In this document: one piece after another, positions 1 through 8,249 of the stretch
How positions within the stretch are numbered: the stretch's first letter is position 1
How the letters are laid out: every line of letters starts with the position of its first letter
Assembly: GCA_024653345.1 (NCBI GenBank)
Contig: JANLFV010000005.1
Location: forward strand, 790-64,789
DNA: 64,000 bases
Reading direction: 5' to 3'
Source: Candidatus Acetothermia bacterium
Lineage (GTDB): Bacteria; Bipolaricaulota; Bipolaricaulia; RBG-16-55-9; JANLFV01
Made by a program: the position numbers and the translations under genes
The notes under the pieces: model-generated
Seen by the model: only the letters and a program-made list of their open reading frames with translations
Told to the model about the DNA's origin: nothing
Databases searched by the model: none

Positions 1-132
1 AGGAGGCACAGGGCTCCCTTCATCTCCTGCCTCGGGGATGGAGGTGGAGATGGGCATCAGGCCCTCGCGGGGCAGGCAGCCTGTAAGGGGAAAGACCACG
101 AGGCAGAGGATTATCATGATAATTTGCTTCAT
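1..132 (-). CDS. lipoprotein, N-terminal part only (gene runs off the window start)
   Basis: Minus-strand ATG at about 132 preceded by GGGGTGA. Translation MKQIIMIILCLVVFPLTGCLPREG gives a hydrophobic signal plus LTGC lipobox. 5' partial. The plus ORF 38..274 overlapping it looks like a shadow. Confidence 0.35.
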   Translation of the reverse strand, partial: MKQIIMIILCLVVFPLTGCLPREGLMPISTSIPEAGDEGSPVPP

Positions 133-197
133 TTTCTCACCCCGAATGAGAGAGCCGGGGAGGCGGGTTTCCCCCGCCTCCCCGTGGATCTTCAGCT

Positions 198-644
198 TCA
201 CCTCGGCTTGGGCCGGAACTCCCCAGGGGGAATCCCCGGATTCTCTACCAATGGCTTCCGCTGAGCCGCGCTGAGGAAGTATTCCATGCCGTATGGGCCT
301 GGGAAGTCATTGCCCAAGGTCTGGACCGGCGTGACTGTGGTCCCAGTGATCTGGAAGACCGTCCACCAGTAGCCAGTTCCACTAGCATCGCAGGCCCTGA
401 AAGTCCCGACAAGGGCGCTCCCTTTGTATAGCCGGACCACAGCGTCGTCGTCACACCAGGATGTTTCTACACCATTAAAGTCGTGCACCGCGAAGGTGTA
501 GGTGCCGGTATATTTGGTCCGGAACACCGTGGTCTCAACGAACGGTGGCCACCAGGGCCGCCACGGTATCTCCCCAGGCTCGTCCCTTAGCAGCCGGGCG
601 AAGGGATGGACATTCAAGTTCCCTCGATCTAGCCAGAACACCAT
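198..644 (-). CDS. hypothetical protein (no recognisable motif)
   Basis: 148-aa ORF co-directional with and downstream of the protease gene. Trp/Tyr-rich, no signal peptide. Coding status uncertain. Confidence 0.3.
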   Translation of the reverse strand: MVFWLDRGNLNVHPFARLLRDEPGEIPWRPWWPPFVETTVFRTKYTGTYTFAVHDFNGVETSWCDDDAVVRLYKGSALVGTFRACDASGTGYWWTVFQITGTTVTPVQTLGNDFPGPYGMEYFLSAAQRKPLVENPGIPPGEFRPKPR

Positions 645-716
645 ATACTTATTCCGGTCCGGAAGAGTAGGAGGAAGCCAGAGGTAGGAATCAAGGTCCC
701 AATGGTTCCATCCTCG

Positions 717-2405
717 TCACTCCAGGACGGCTGTCCAGACATCGCTGGCCTGGGGCTTGGGCAGGGCGAAGAAGGGGAGCAAATTCCAGCACCCCTCGGG
801 AACTGACCAAGTCCTTTCATCGGCTGTGGTGATGTAGCCAGACTTGGAGGCAGTCACGGTGTAGTCACTTTGGGGTATGTTGGTGATGGTGAAGGTCCCG
901 TCGGCCCGGGTGGTGGCAGTGGGGGTGATTGTGCCGGACTTTGCGGTCACCGTGGCAGCTCCAAGGGGAAGGCCATTGTTCGCGTCCACGACCAAACCGA
1001 CGAGTGCCCCTCCCGCGGGCGGCATCGTCATCTTCGCCGCGAAGGCGCTATACAGATTAAGTTGTTTAACGCCATTCGGGAACGCGTGGCCATTGCATTC
1101 GTCAAGGTCGACGGGATCACCGGTCGTAGTGAGGAGGTCGGCTACCTGCTGACGAGTCAAGGTGGGCCACTTGCCCCACACTAAGGCCGCCGCCCCGGCC
1201 ACAAATGGGGAGGCCATCGAAGTCCCGTCGGACCAGTCATAATTAGGCTCGTAGAACCAAGACCCGGCTACTGGCGTAGTTGAGAAAATCCCCACACCTG
1301 GGGCAGCGATGTCCACGTAATCCCCGTAGTTAGAGAAACATGCTTTGCGGGTCCCTATCCAGCAGACATCTTGCCAGTTCAGCCACTCCTCCCATTTGAG
1401 TTCCGTTGCCCCCACCGCGAGGACATCAGGATAAGCTGCGGGGTAGAGTGGGTCTGTGATATCTTCGTTCCCAGCTGCGGCGACCACTAAGACCCCTTTG
1501 GTGTTCGTGGCATAATTGATGGCATCGGCGATGTATGGATCTGGCATGTAGCCACCCCAGCTCAGGTTGATGACCTTAACCCCAGAATAGTCGGCGGCAT
1601 AGACGATCCCCGCTGCGCCCGCGAAGATCGGGACCCACCATTCGCCGACCCGGATGGCGAGGACCTTGCTCTTCCCGGACACTCCGGCTACCCCAGAGTT
1701 GTTGTCGATGATGGCGGCAGCGATCCCGGCGACATGGGTTCCATGCCCAGTAGTATCCATTGGGTTCATATCGCCATCATAGTAGTCCGGCCCCTTGATG
1801 ACCTTGGCCGTGCCGAGGTCGGGGTGGGTGTAGTCCACCCCGGTGTCCACTACAGCCACGATGGGCGCGCTGGTCGGGAGCACTGAAGCCGCAATCTTAT
1901 GGAAATCGATAGCGAACATACCCCACTGCCAGTGGAAGTATCGGTCATTTGCAAAGTGTTCAGGGACAACAGGTTTGGCCTCCCTCCCCAAGAGCTGGTA
2001 TACATAGTTAAGCCCGACCGATTCTACATCTGGTTCCGCGGCGAGCTTGCCCTTCATCTCCGTCAAGTCCATCCCAGCTGGAATGCTAACCAGTATGAGC
2101 CTCAACCGGTTGATCCTCCCTCGCAGCACTAGTTTGTGCTTGTTGAGCAGGGCATTGATATTAGTCGTTGTGAATTTATCCGGCTTGAACTTCACAATGA
2201 GTTGGTCAGGGATGAACTTTATCGCTCGGGCTTCTACCGCTGTGAGAGCGGTAGGATAGGCCCCGGTATCCATCCAAACATCATCATTCACCGCTTCCGA
2301 ATCAAGGTCCTGAGGCAACAAACCGTCAAAGTAGGCGCAGCCACCCAACCATGCTACTGCAAGCATCAAGACGGCACATAATACTGAAACAATCCCAGGT
2401 TTCAC
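717..2405 (-). CDS. subtilisin-like serine protease (peptidase S8) lipoprotein with C-terminal carboxypeptidase-regulatory-like beta-sandwich
   Basis: Catalytic motifs VVDTGVDYTHPDL (Asp), GHGTHVAGIAAA (His), GTSMASPFVAGAAAL (Ser). N-terminal signal with LGGC lipobox. GTG start after AGGAGGGAGG. Confidence 0.9.
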   Translation of the reverse strand: MKPGIVSVLCAVLMLAVAWLGGCAYFDGLLPQDLDSEAVNDDVWMDTGAYPTALTAVEARAIKFIPDQLIVKFKPDKFTTTNINALLNKHKLVLRGRINRLRLILVSIPAGMDLTEMKGKLAAEPDVESVGLNYVYQLLGREAKPVVPEHFANDRYFHWQWGMFAIDFHKIAASVLPTSAPIVAVVDTGVDYTHPDLGTAKVIKGPDYYDGDMNPMDTTGHGTHVAGIAAAIIDNNSGVAGVSGKSKVLAIRVGEWWVPIFAGAAGIVYAADYSGVKVINLSWGGYMPDPYIADAINYATNTKGVLVVAAAGNEDITDPLYPAAYPDVLAVGATELKWEEWLNWQDVCWIGTRKACFSNYGDYVDIAAPGVGIFSTTPVAGSWFYEPNYDWSDGTSMASPFVAGAAALVWGKWPTLTRQQVADLLTTTGDPVDLDECNGHAFPNGVKQLNLYSAFAAKMTMPPAGGALVGLVVDANNGLPLGAATVTAKSGTITPTATTRADGTFTITNIPQSDYTVTASKSGYITTADERTWSVPEGCWNLLPFFALPKPQASDVWTAVLE

Positions 2406-2800
2406 GGCAGTCCTCCCTCCTTATTAGACTGATGTGAAGCGATCATTTCGTGCGTTTACGTCACCTCTTTCCCGCGAGAGGTTATTATTCACTCGCAGCT
2501 ATATCATTATACCCGAACATCCAAGCTAGTCATCTCCAAACTTAGATAGACACGGCAGTTTCACCCTTTGACACCCTAGTCTATTGTTCAGCAGGGGGCA
2601 TCAGTCCAAACCCTTGAGCTGGCTCGAGGCGAGGCGGCAGGAGGCCAGGTCGCCTAAGCCGTGTGTCCTGTTGTGCGATCGGATTTCGGGATTAGGCGCT
2701 CAGAATTAGATTCGGATCACGACCCCATGGAAGCGGCAGAGCTCAGGCATCGGCTCTGGCCGGCCTGGGATCCGGGAAGATCTCCTCAGGGACCTTCCCT

Positions 2801-2999
2801 GTTAGCCTAAGGTAGAGCGCGTCCGGGCAGAGGGCGATCTCCTCCTCCCAGGCGATGGCCCCGGCCTCATCATCTATCCTGACCGCCTCGAAGAAGGCCC
2901 GGTCTTTGCGCCCCGAAAGAGCCGCAGGGTCAGGTCTTGCAATGAGACATCTCCTGCTGCGCGGCCTGGGATGTTGCAATGCAAGACCTGACCCCAACT
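2801..2999. repeat. repeat copy 1: segment a (2801-2818), 130-nt spacer, segment b (2951-2999); includes hairpin 2927-2995 with a 15-bp stem
   Basis: Segments a (gttagcctaaggtagagc) and b (ctcctgctgcgcggcctgggatgttgcaatgcaagacctgaccccaact) recur contiguously at 3756-3820 in the order b-a. Read directly from the sequence. Confidence 0.6.
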
Positions 3000-3014
3000 G
3001 CTGAAGCCACGGGT

Positions 3015-3269
3015 TCAGCCTGTTAAACCCAGACGACGTAGATCTGTTTCGTCCCACCCGATGTCTCCAAGCAGAGCCCGCAGCATCTTCGGGCTGAAGA
3101 TCTTGCGCCTGTGATAGTGTATCGCTACGATGCGTGGCCCTTTGCGGAAGACGCGCCGTGATCCCCTACCCTTGCGCAGTTGCCAGCCATCGCGCTCCAG
3201 AGCCGCCATGAGCTCATCCGCGGTGATAGTCTTGATCTGGTCCCAAACCTGAGGAGGCCAGCTCATCAA
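3015..3269 (-). CDS. hicA: HicA-family toxin (mRNA interferase), copy 1
   Basis: 84 aa with ELMAALERDGWQLRKGRGSRRVF...IHYHRRKIFSPKMLRALLGDIGW, matching the HicA (YcfA) fold. 4-nt overlap with the upstream hicB. The usual His in the GSH motif is Arg here. Confidence 0.75.
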   Translation of the reverse strand: MMSWPPQVWDQIKTITADELMAALERDGWQLRKGRGSRRVFRKGPRIVAIHYHRRKIFSPKMLRALLGDIGWDETDLRRLGLTG

Positions 3270-3544
3270 ACCGAGATTGAGACCGGCTTCGTATATATCT
3301 GCACGCCGGGGGGAATAGCTTCCACCACTCCCGTGGGGATGGGATCGCCATCTTCGATGAGGACTTCTAGATAGAGCTGGGCCAGCTCTTGGGCGCGTTG
3401 GACGGCTTCAGCCGCTGTCGCTCCGTCGGCATGAAGCCCTGGCAGCATGGGGCTCCAGGCGTGATAGCGGTCTCCGTCGGGCTCAACGAGAAAGACGATC
3501 TGGAAGGTCAGTGTTCCTGCGTGCGGTTTGAGCTCTTGAGCCAT
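3266..3544 (-). CDS. hicB: HicB-family antitoxin (RNase-H-like N domain), copy 1
   Basis: TFQIVFLVEPDGDRYHAWSPMLPGLHADGATAAEAVQRAQELAQLYLEVLIEDGDPIP matches the HicB/UPF0150 pattern. GAGGAG RBS 5 nt before the ATG. Antitoxin sits first in the operon. Confidence 0.75.
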   Translation of the reverse strand: MAQELKPHAGTLTFQIVFLVEPDGDRYHAWSPMLPGLHADGATAAEAVQRAQELAQLYLEVLIEDGDPIPTGVVEAIPPGVQIYTKPVSISV

Positions 3545-3664
3545 AACAACTCCTCATTCCTTCATCTCATGGCAGCACCAGATCACCCTGAACCATCACG
3601 CCGGCAAGCACGCAGCAGTCAAGCGCTGCGATCGCGCTCTTCACGTTTCCCGCCTTCGCTTGCA

Positions 3665-3694
3665 ATTGTAGCACTTTCGGCCCCGCGTGGTCAA
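3665..3694 (-). promoter_or_regulatory. sigma70-like promoter for hicBA-1 (TTGACC-N18-TACAAT on the minus strand)
   Basis: Minus-strand TTGACC (plus 3689-3694) and TACAAT (plus 3665-3670) with an 18-nt spacer, about 120 nt upstream of the hicB ATG. Confidence 0.4.
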
Positions 3695-4404
3695 TAGAGC
3701 GGGCAGTGCTGGGGCATCGGGTCAGATACTGTATCGCTCGTCAAGTTGCTACCCCCTCCTGCGCGGCCTGGGATGTTGCAATGCAAGACCTGACCCCAAC
3801 TCGTTAGCCTGAGGTAGAGCTTGCTGATGATCAGTATGGATCTAGAACTTGACCCCGGGGGCTTTTCCGAGCCGGTGGGGGCCTCAAGGTAGGGAGCGGC
3901 CTCGAACCCGAACTGCCTCGCGATCAGATTCCCCGGGAACCGCCGGATCGCGGCGTTATACTCCTTCACTGAATCGTTGTAGCGCTTCCTCGCCACGGCG
4001 ATCCTATTCTCCGTCCCCGCCAGCTCGTCCATCAGCCGGATGAAGGTCTGGTTCGACTTCAAGTCGGGGTAGTTCTCTACGACCACGAGGAGCCTCGCTA
4101 AGGCCCCGGCCAGGGCCGCGTCGGCCTCGAGCTTACCCGCAAGGTCCTGCGCCCCGGCATACTGAGTCCGGGCGGTCGCGATCTCCTCGATGATCGTCCG
4201 CTCCTGGGCCGCGAACCCCTTGACCGTCTCCACGAGGTTGGGGATCAGCTCGAACCGCCGCTGGAGCTGGTTGGCGATCTCCGCTTGGCTATTCGAAATC
4301 TCCTCACGCATCGTCACGAAGCGGTTGTAGTTCCCCACGGTCAGGAAGTAGATGACCAACCCCAGGATCACGACCACGACCGCGACGACCAAGCCCTTCT
4401 TCAC
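3691..4404 (-). CDS. lemA: LemA family membrane protein; 3' end reads through repeat copy 2
   Basis: N-terminal TM helix, then QLQRRFELIPNLVETVKGFAAQERTIIEEI...RYNDSVKEYNAAIRRFPGNLIARQFGF (LemA signature). Likely GTG start at 4404 after AAGGAGG; the track ORF begins further 5'. The last 40 or so codons are translated repeat sequence. Confidence 0.85.
   Translation of the reverse strand: MKKGLVVAVVVVILGLVIYFLTVGNYNRFVTMREEISNSQAEIANQLQRRFELIPNLVETVKGFAAQERTIIEEIATARTQYAGAQDLAGKLEADAALAGALARLLVVVENYPDLKSNQTFIRLMDELAGTENRIAVARKRYNDSVKEYNAAIRRFPGNLIARQFGFEAAPYLEAPTGSEKPPGSSSRSILIISKLYLRLTSWGQVLHCNIPGRAGGGSNLTSDTVSDPMPQHCPLY
3756..3820. repeat. repeat copy 2: segments b and a contiguous (b 3756-3801, a 3803-3820)
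   Basis: Near-identical to the copy-1 segments but permuted. Lies inside the 3' end of the lemA ORF. Confidence 0.6.
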
Positions 4405-4463
4405 CTTCGCCTCCTTGTGAGGGAGTCTAGCGTCTGGCCTAGGGCTTGTCAAAGGCGGCCGAC

Positions 4464-4492
4464 TTGCAGCCGCGGGGGCTTTTGGTATATAT
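4464..4492 (+). promoter_or_regulatory. candidate promoter TTGCAG-N16/17-TATATA for the aminotransferase gene
   Basis: Hexamers seen in sequence about 45 nt upstream of ATG 4535. Confidence 0.35.
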
Positions 4493-4534
4493 TCGGGGTG
4501 CGAGGTGACTCTAATTCTTAACAGGAGGCCGGGA

Positions 4535-5764
4535 ATGGATGAATTGTTCTCCCGACGGACGCGGGCCGTCAAGCGCTCGGAGATCCGCGAGCTGTTGAAG
4601 CTGGCGGAGCGACCGGAGGTGATCTCGTTCGCGGGCGGCTTCCCCGACCCCGCGACCTTTCCCCATCGCGAGCTGGCCGCGGTCGCCCAGAAGGTCCTGG
4701 GCGAGGACTACGATCGCTCGCTCCAGTATGGCGCCACTGAGGGGGACCGGCTCTTCCGCGAGGCGGTCTGCGAGTGGCTCGGCCGGCAGGGGCTTGCGCT
4801 CTCCCGGGAGGAGGTGACGGTCACCAGCGGCTCGCAGCAGGCGATCGACCTGATCTGCAAGGTCTTCCTCGACCCCGGGGATGTGGTCTTCTGCGACCTT
4901 CCCACCTACCTCGCGGCCATCCAGTCCTTCACGGCCTTCGAGGTCGAGAAGGTGGGGATCCCCCAGCGCGAGGACGGGATGGACCTGGAGATCCTCGAGG
5001 AGAAGATCGAGGAGGTGAGCCGCCAGGGGAAGCGGGCCAAGCTGATCTACCTCGTCCCGGACTTTCATAATCCCACGGGGATCACCATGAGCCTGGTCAA
5101 GCGCCGCCGGGTCCTGAAGATCGCCGAGCGGCATAACTTGGTGATCATCGAGGACAACCCCTACGGCCAGGTCCGGTTCGAGGGCGAGCCGCTCCCGATG
5201 CTGAAGAGCCTCGATCGGACGGGAAGGGTCGTCCTGCTCCTCACCTTCTCCAAGATCCTCTGCCCCGGCCTCCGGCTGGCGGTGATCGTCGCGTCACCCA
5301 GAATCACCGAGCAGATCGTGAAGCTCAAGCAGCCCGCCGACCTCTGCAGCTCCTCCTTCACCCAGCGGCTGGCCTACGAGTTCATGACCAGATACGACTT
5401 TGCGGCGCACATCGACGAGATCCGCGCGCTCTACCGGGAGAAGCGGGACACGATGCTCGAGGCACTCGAGGCCTACATGCCCAAGCATCCCGGGATCCAC
5501 TGGACCAAGCCCCAGGGCGGGCTCTTCGTCTGGCTCACCCTCCCGGAGTTCGTCGACACTCGGGAAATGTTCCCCCGCGCGGTCGAGCGGAATGTGGCCT
5601 ATGTGGTGGGCTCGGCGTTCTTCGTCGACGGGAGCGGGCAGAATACGATGCGCCTGGCCTTCTGCGAGCCGACCCCCGAGCTGATCCGCGAGGGGATCAG
5701 GCGCTTGGCCGAGGTGATCGAGGCGGAGCTGAGCGTCGCCAGCGCGGCCGTCGCCTCTAAGTGA
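4535..5764 (+). CDS. class I/II PLP-dependent aminotransferase (2-aminoadipate / aromatic aminotransferase-like, LysN/ARO8 family)
   Basis: SFAGGFPDPATFP N-terminal motif, SKILCPGLRLA (PLP lysine), C-terminal fold II. ATG 4535 with AGGAGG 6 nt upstream; the track ORF starts at an upstream GTG. Confidence 0.85.
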   Translation: MDELFSRRTRAVKRSEIRELLKLAERPEVISFAGGFPDPATFPHRELAAVAQKVLGEDYDRSLQYGATEGDRLFREAVCEWLGRQGLALSREEVTVTSGSQQAIDLICKVFLDPGDVVFCDLPTYLAAIQSFTAFEVEKVGIPQREDGMDLEILEEKIEEVSRQGKRAKLIYLVPDFHNPTGITMSLVKRRRVLKIAERHNLVIIEDNPYGQVRFEGEPLPMLKSLDRTGRVVLLLTFSKILCPGLRLAVIVASPRITEQIVKLKQPADLCSSSFTQRLAYEFMTRYDFAAHIDEIRALYREKRDTMLEALEAYMPKHPGIHWTKPQGGLFVWLTLPEFVDTREMFPRAVERNVAYVVGSAFFVDGSGQNTMRLAFCEPTPELIREGIRRLAEVIEAELSVASAAVASK

Positions 5765-8249
5765 GCTGCCCCCACCAGGGGAGCTTCCGCAGGACGAGCT
5801 CCGAGACGAAGGCGAACAGCGCAAGAAGGAGTGAGACTGGCCGGAGGTTCTGGTATTGGCGGACCCCTTGGCCGCGGAGCAGCTCCTTGCTGAGGCCCTC
5901 CTCCGTCAGATACTGGCCCCCGGTCGCGGCCGCGATCTCCTCTAGCAGCAGTTCATCGATCCCGATCCGGCGATACTCCTCAGGATAGGGGACCGTAACG
6001 GCCTTCGTCGCGGAGGAGATCTCCTGCCCCTCCCCGGTCGCGGTGAGATTCACCAGGTAGGCCCCGGGCTGGAGGTCCTCGACCACGGTCTCGTAGCGTC
6101 CCGGGGCGAGCTGCTCCAGCTCGAGCTCCCTGGCTCCCTCGGCGGAGGAGAGCGCGCCCCGCACCTCGAGGAGGTTGGCCCACCGCCCGTCCTGAGCGAC
6201 CTCTGCTACGAGGCGGAGCGAGGAGCCCTCGACCTCGGCCGCGAGCGTGAGCTCCTCTCCCAGCGGCCGGCCCGAGGCCCGGCGGACGATCTGCATCATC
6301 AGGAGTGAGGCCCCCTCCCAGCTCAGCCAGCCCGCGGACCAGCGCCCCTCGAGGTCGGTGTTCACCACCCCTGCTCGGCCGAGGCCGTAGCTCCAGAAGC
6401 TGACCAGCGGATCGTCCTGCTCGGAGAGGAGGGCCACCTCGCTCGTCTCCTTGGGGTAGGTGACGATGTAGCCCCCCAGAGGAGGGATCGGCCCGAGCTC
6501 GCCGAGCAGCGCGGCTGACGGCCCGGGGAGGACGGCGATCTGCCCCTCGAGCCAGCGCTCGCGCCTCGTCCGCTCGACCTCCTGGAGCGTCACCCGCGGC
6601 AGGTCCTCGGGGTCCTCCACGAGGTAGACCTGGCCGCCGGTCGCCTCGGCCAAGCCCCTGAGGAAGGGCACGTCCGCGTCCTGGCCGATGGCGATGGCCG
6701 AGACGGTGATCTTCTCGCTCGCGATCTGCTCCAGAAGCTGGGGGAACTCCAGCTCGTGGAGCAGGGCCTTCCCGTCGGAGAAGACGATGATGTGCTTCAT
6801 CTTCGCCTCGACGGCTGCTATCTTCTGGAAGGCCTCCTCCAGCGCGGGGTAGAGGTCGGTCCCTCCCCCGGCCTCGAGGGCCGCGATCTGGCGATAGATC
6901 GGCTCCTTGTCCTCCGCCGGCTGGAGGGGGAAGAGCCACCAATGGGCGGTGTCGAAGGCCAGGAGCCCGAGCAGGTCCCTCTCCTCCAGGACCTCCGCGC
7001 TCGCGGCCGCGGCCTCCCTGAGGAACTCGATCTTCTTGCCGGTCATGCTCGAGGAGCGATCGAGGACGAAGACGATCGCCAGCGAGGGGGCCTGGGCCGG
7101 CTCGCGCCCCTCATAGGAGATCGGGAGGAGCCGCTCCAGCCCCGTCTCGCGGAGCCCCTCGACCGCCCGCTGGCCCTGGATCACCAGCAGGCCCCCGCCG
7201 GCCTGGAGGTAGCTGTCGAGGGCCTCGACCGCCCGCCCGCTGAGCCGGGCGAGCGGGAGGTTGTCCAGAATCACCAGCCGGTAGGGCGCCAGGTTGAGGA
7301 GGTCCCAGACGAAGCCGTCCGCGGAGGCGCGGGCGTATTCGTATCCCGCGGCCCGGAGGAGTTCCGCGGTCCCTCCTCCGGCCCCGCTCTGGAGGAGCAG
7401 GATCTGCGGCCCGCCCCGGACGGTCGTGATCGCCTCGAGCGAGTTGTTCTCCATGATCGTGTCACCGGCGGCGACGAGGTAGGCCCGATAGCGATGGAGC
7501 CCGCTCTCGCCGAGTCGGTCGCGGAGCTCGATCCTGTTCGAGCCCGGGAGGAGGCTCACCTCCCGAGTGCCCCACCACTCGCCGTCGCGGTAGAGGAGGA
7601 GCTGGGCCGCGCCCGCCCGGAGCGAGCCGATGGTGAGGGCCAGCCCGAACTCGGCCCCCGGCGGGACCTCCTCCGGGAGGGAGAGCGCCTCGAGCCAGAC
7701 CTCCTCTCCGCGGGGCCGGAGCGGGAGGACGGAGATCTTGACCCCCTCCCGGGCCGCGCGGGCCAGGACCGGGCGAAGGTCGCCCCTCGTGGGCAGCCCA
7801 TCGCTGAGGAGGACGATCCCTCGCCCGCCCTCCTTCGGCAGGCTGGCGAGCCCCAGCTCGAGCGCGGCGGCGAGGTCCGTCCCGTCCGGCGAGACGACGG
7901 CCGAGACATCCTCAAGATCGAGCCTGGCCTTCAGCCCCTGATCCACGGCCGCCTCCGCGCCGAAGAGGATCAGGCCGTAACGGAGGCCCTCGCGCTCCAC
8001 CATCAACGACCTCACCAGCTCGAGGAGTTCCTCCCGCGGACGGGCGATGCTTCCGGAGAGGTCGACGGCGAAGTAGAGGTTATTCTGGAGAACTCGCGAG
8101 GCGATCTCCGGCTCGGCCAGGGCCAGGAGGAGGAGGCCCAGCGCCACGCCCCGGAAGAGGGCGACTCGTCGCCGCTTGAGCAACCACCAGAGAAGCGGCA
8201 TGAGGGCCAGCAGGCCGAGCAGGGCCAGCGGCTGGGAGAAGCGGATCAA
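5757..8249 (-). CDS. BatA_N (aerotolerance N-terminal) + two VWA domains + C-terminal TM anchor protein (BatB-like)
   Basis: N-terminus MIRFSQPLALLGLLALMPLLWWLLKRRR resembles BatA_N. VWA MIDAS motifs VDLSGSIARP and VLDRSSSMTGKK. C-terminal hydrophobic segment. Stop/start overlap with the upstream gene. Confidence 0.8.
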   Translation of the reverse strand: MIRFSQPLALLGLLALMPLLWWLLKRRRVALFRGVALGLLLLALAEPEIASRVLQNNLYFAVDLSGSIARPREELLELVRSLMVEREGLRYGLILFGAEAAVDQGLKARLDLEDVSAVVSPDGTDLAAALELGLASLPKEGGRGIVLLSDGLPTRGDLRPVLARAAREGVKISVLPLRPRGEEVWLEALSLPEEVPPGAEFGLALTIGSLRAGAAQLLLYRDGEWWGTREVSLLPGSNRIELRDRLGESGLHRYRAYLVAAGDTIMENNSLEAITTVRGGPQILLLQSGAGGGTAELLRAAGYEYARASADGFVWDLLNLAPYRLVILDNLPLARLSGRAVEALDSYLQAGGGLLVIQGQRAVEGLRETGLERLLPISYEGREPAQAPSLAIVFVLDRSSSMTGKKIEFLREAAAASAEVLEERDLLGLLAFDTAHWWLFPLQPAEDKEPIYRQIAALEAGGGTDLYPALEEAFQKIAAVEAKMKHIIVFSDGKALLHELEFPQLLEQIASEKITVSAIAIGQDADVPFLRGLAEATGGQVYLVEDPEDLPRVTLQEVERTRRERWLEGQIAVLPGPSAALLGELGPIPPLGGYIVTYPKETSEVALLSEQDDPLVSFWSYGLGRAGVVNTDLEGRWSAGWLSWEGASLLMMQIVRRASGRPLGEELTLAAEVEGSSLRLVAEVAQDGRWANLLEVRGALSSAEGARELELEQLAPGRYETVVEDLQPGAYLVNLTATGEGQEISSATKAVTVPYPEEYRRIGIDELLLEEIAAATGGQYLTEEGLSKELLRGQGVRQYQNLRPVSLLLALFAFVSELVLRKLPWWGQLT

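Noticed and set aside
38-274. 78-aa plus ORF at the window start
   Set aside because: It overlaps a minus-strand frame that encodes a clean signal peptide + lipobox N-terminus with an RBS. The plus ORF has no features.
2743-3057. 104-aa minus ORF upstream of hicA-1 as a real gene
   Set aside because: About two-thirds of it is translated repeat and hairpin sequence (segments a and b). It has a faint ferredoxin-like CP motif but no intact Cys pattern. More likely a repeat artefact or a decayed fragment.
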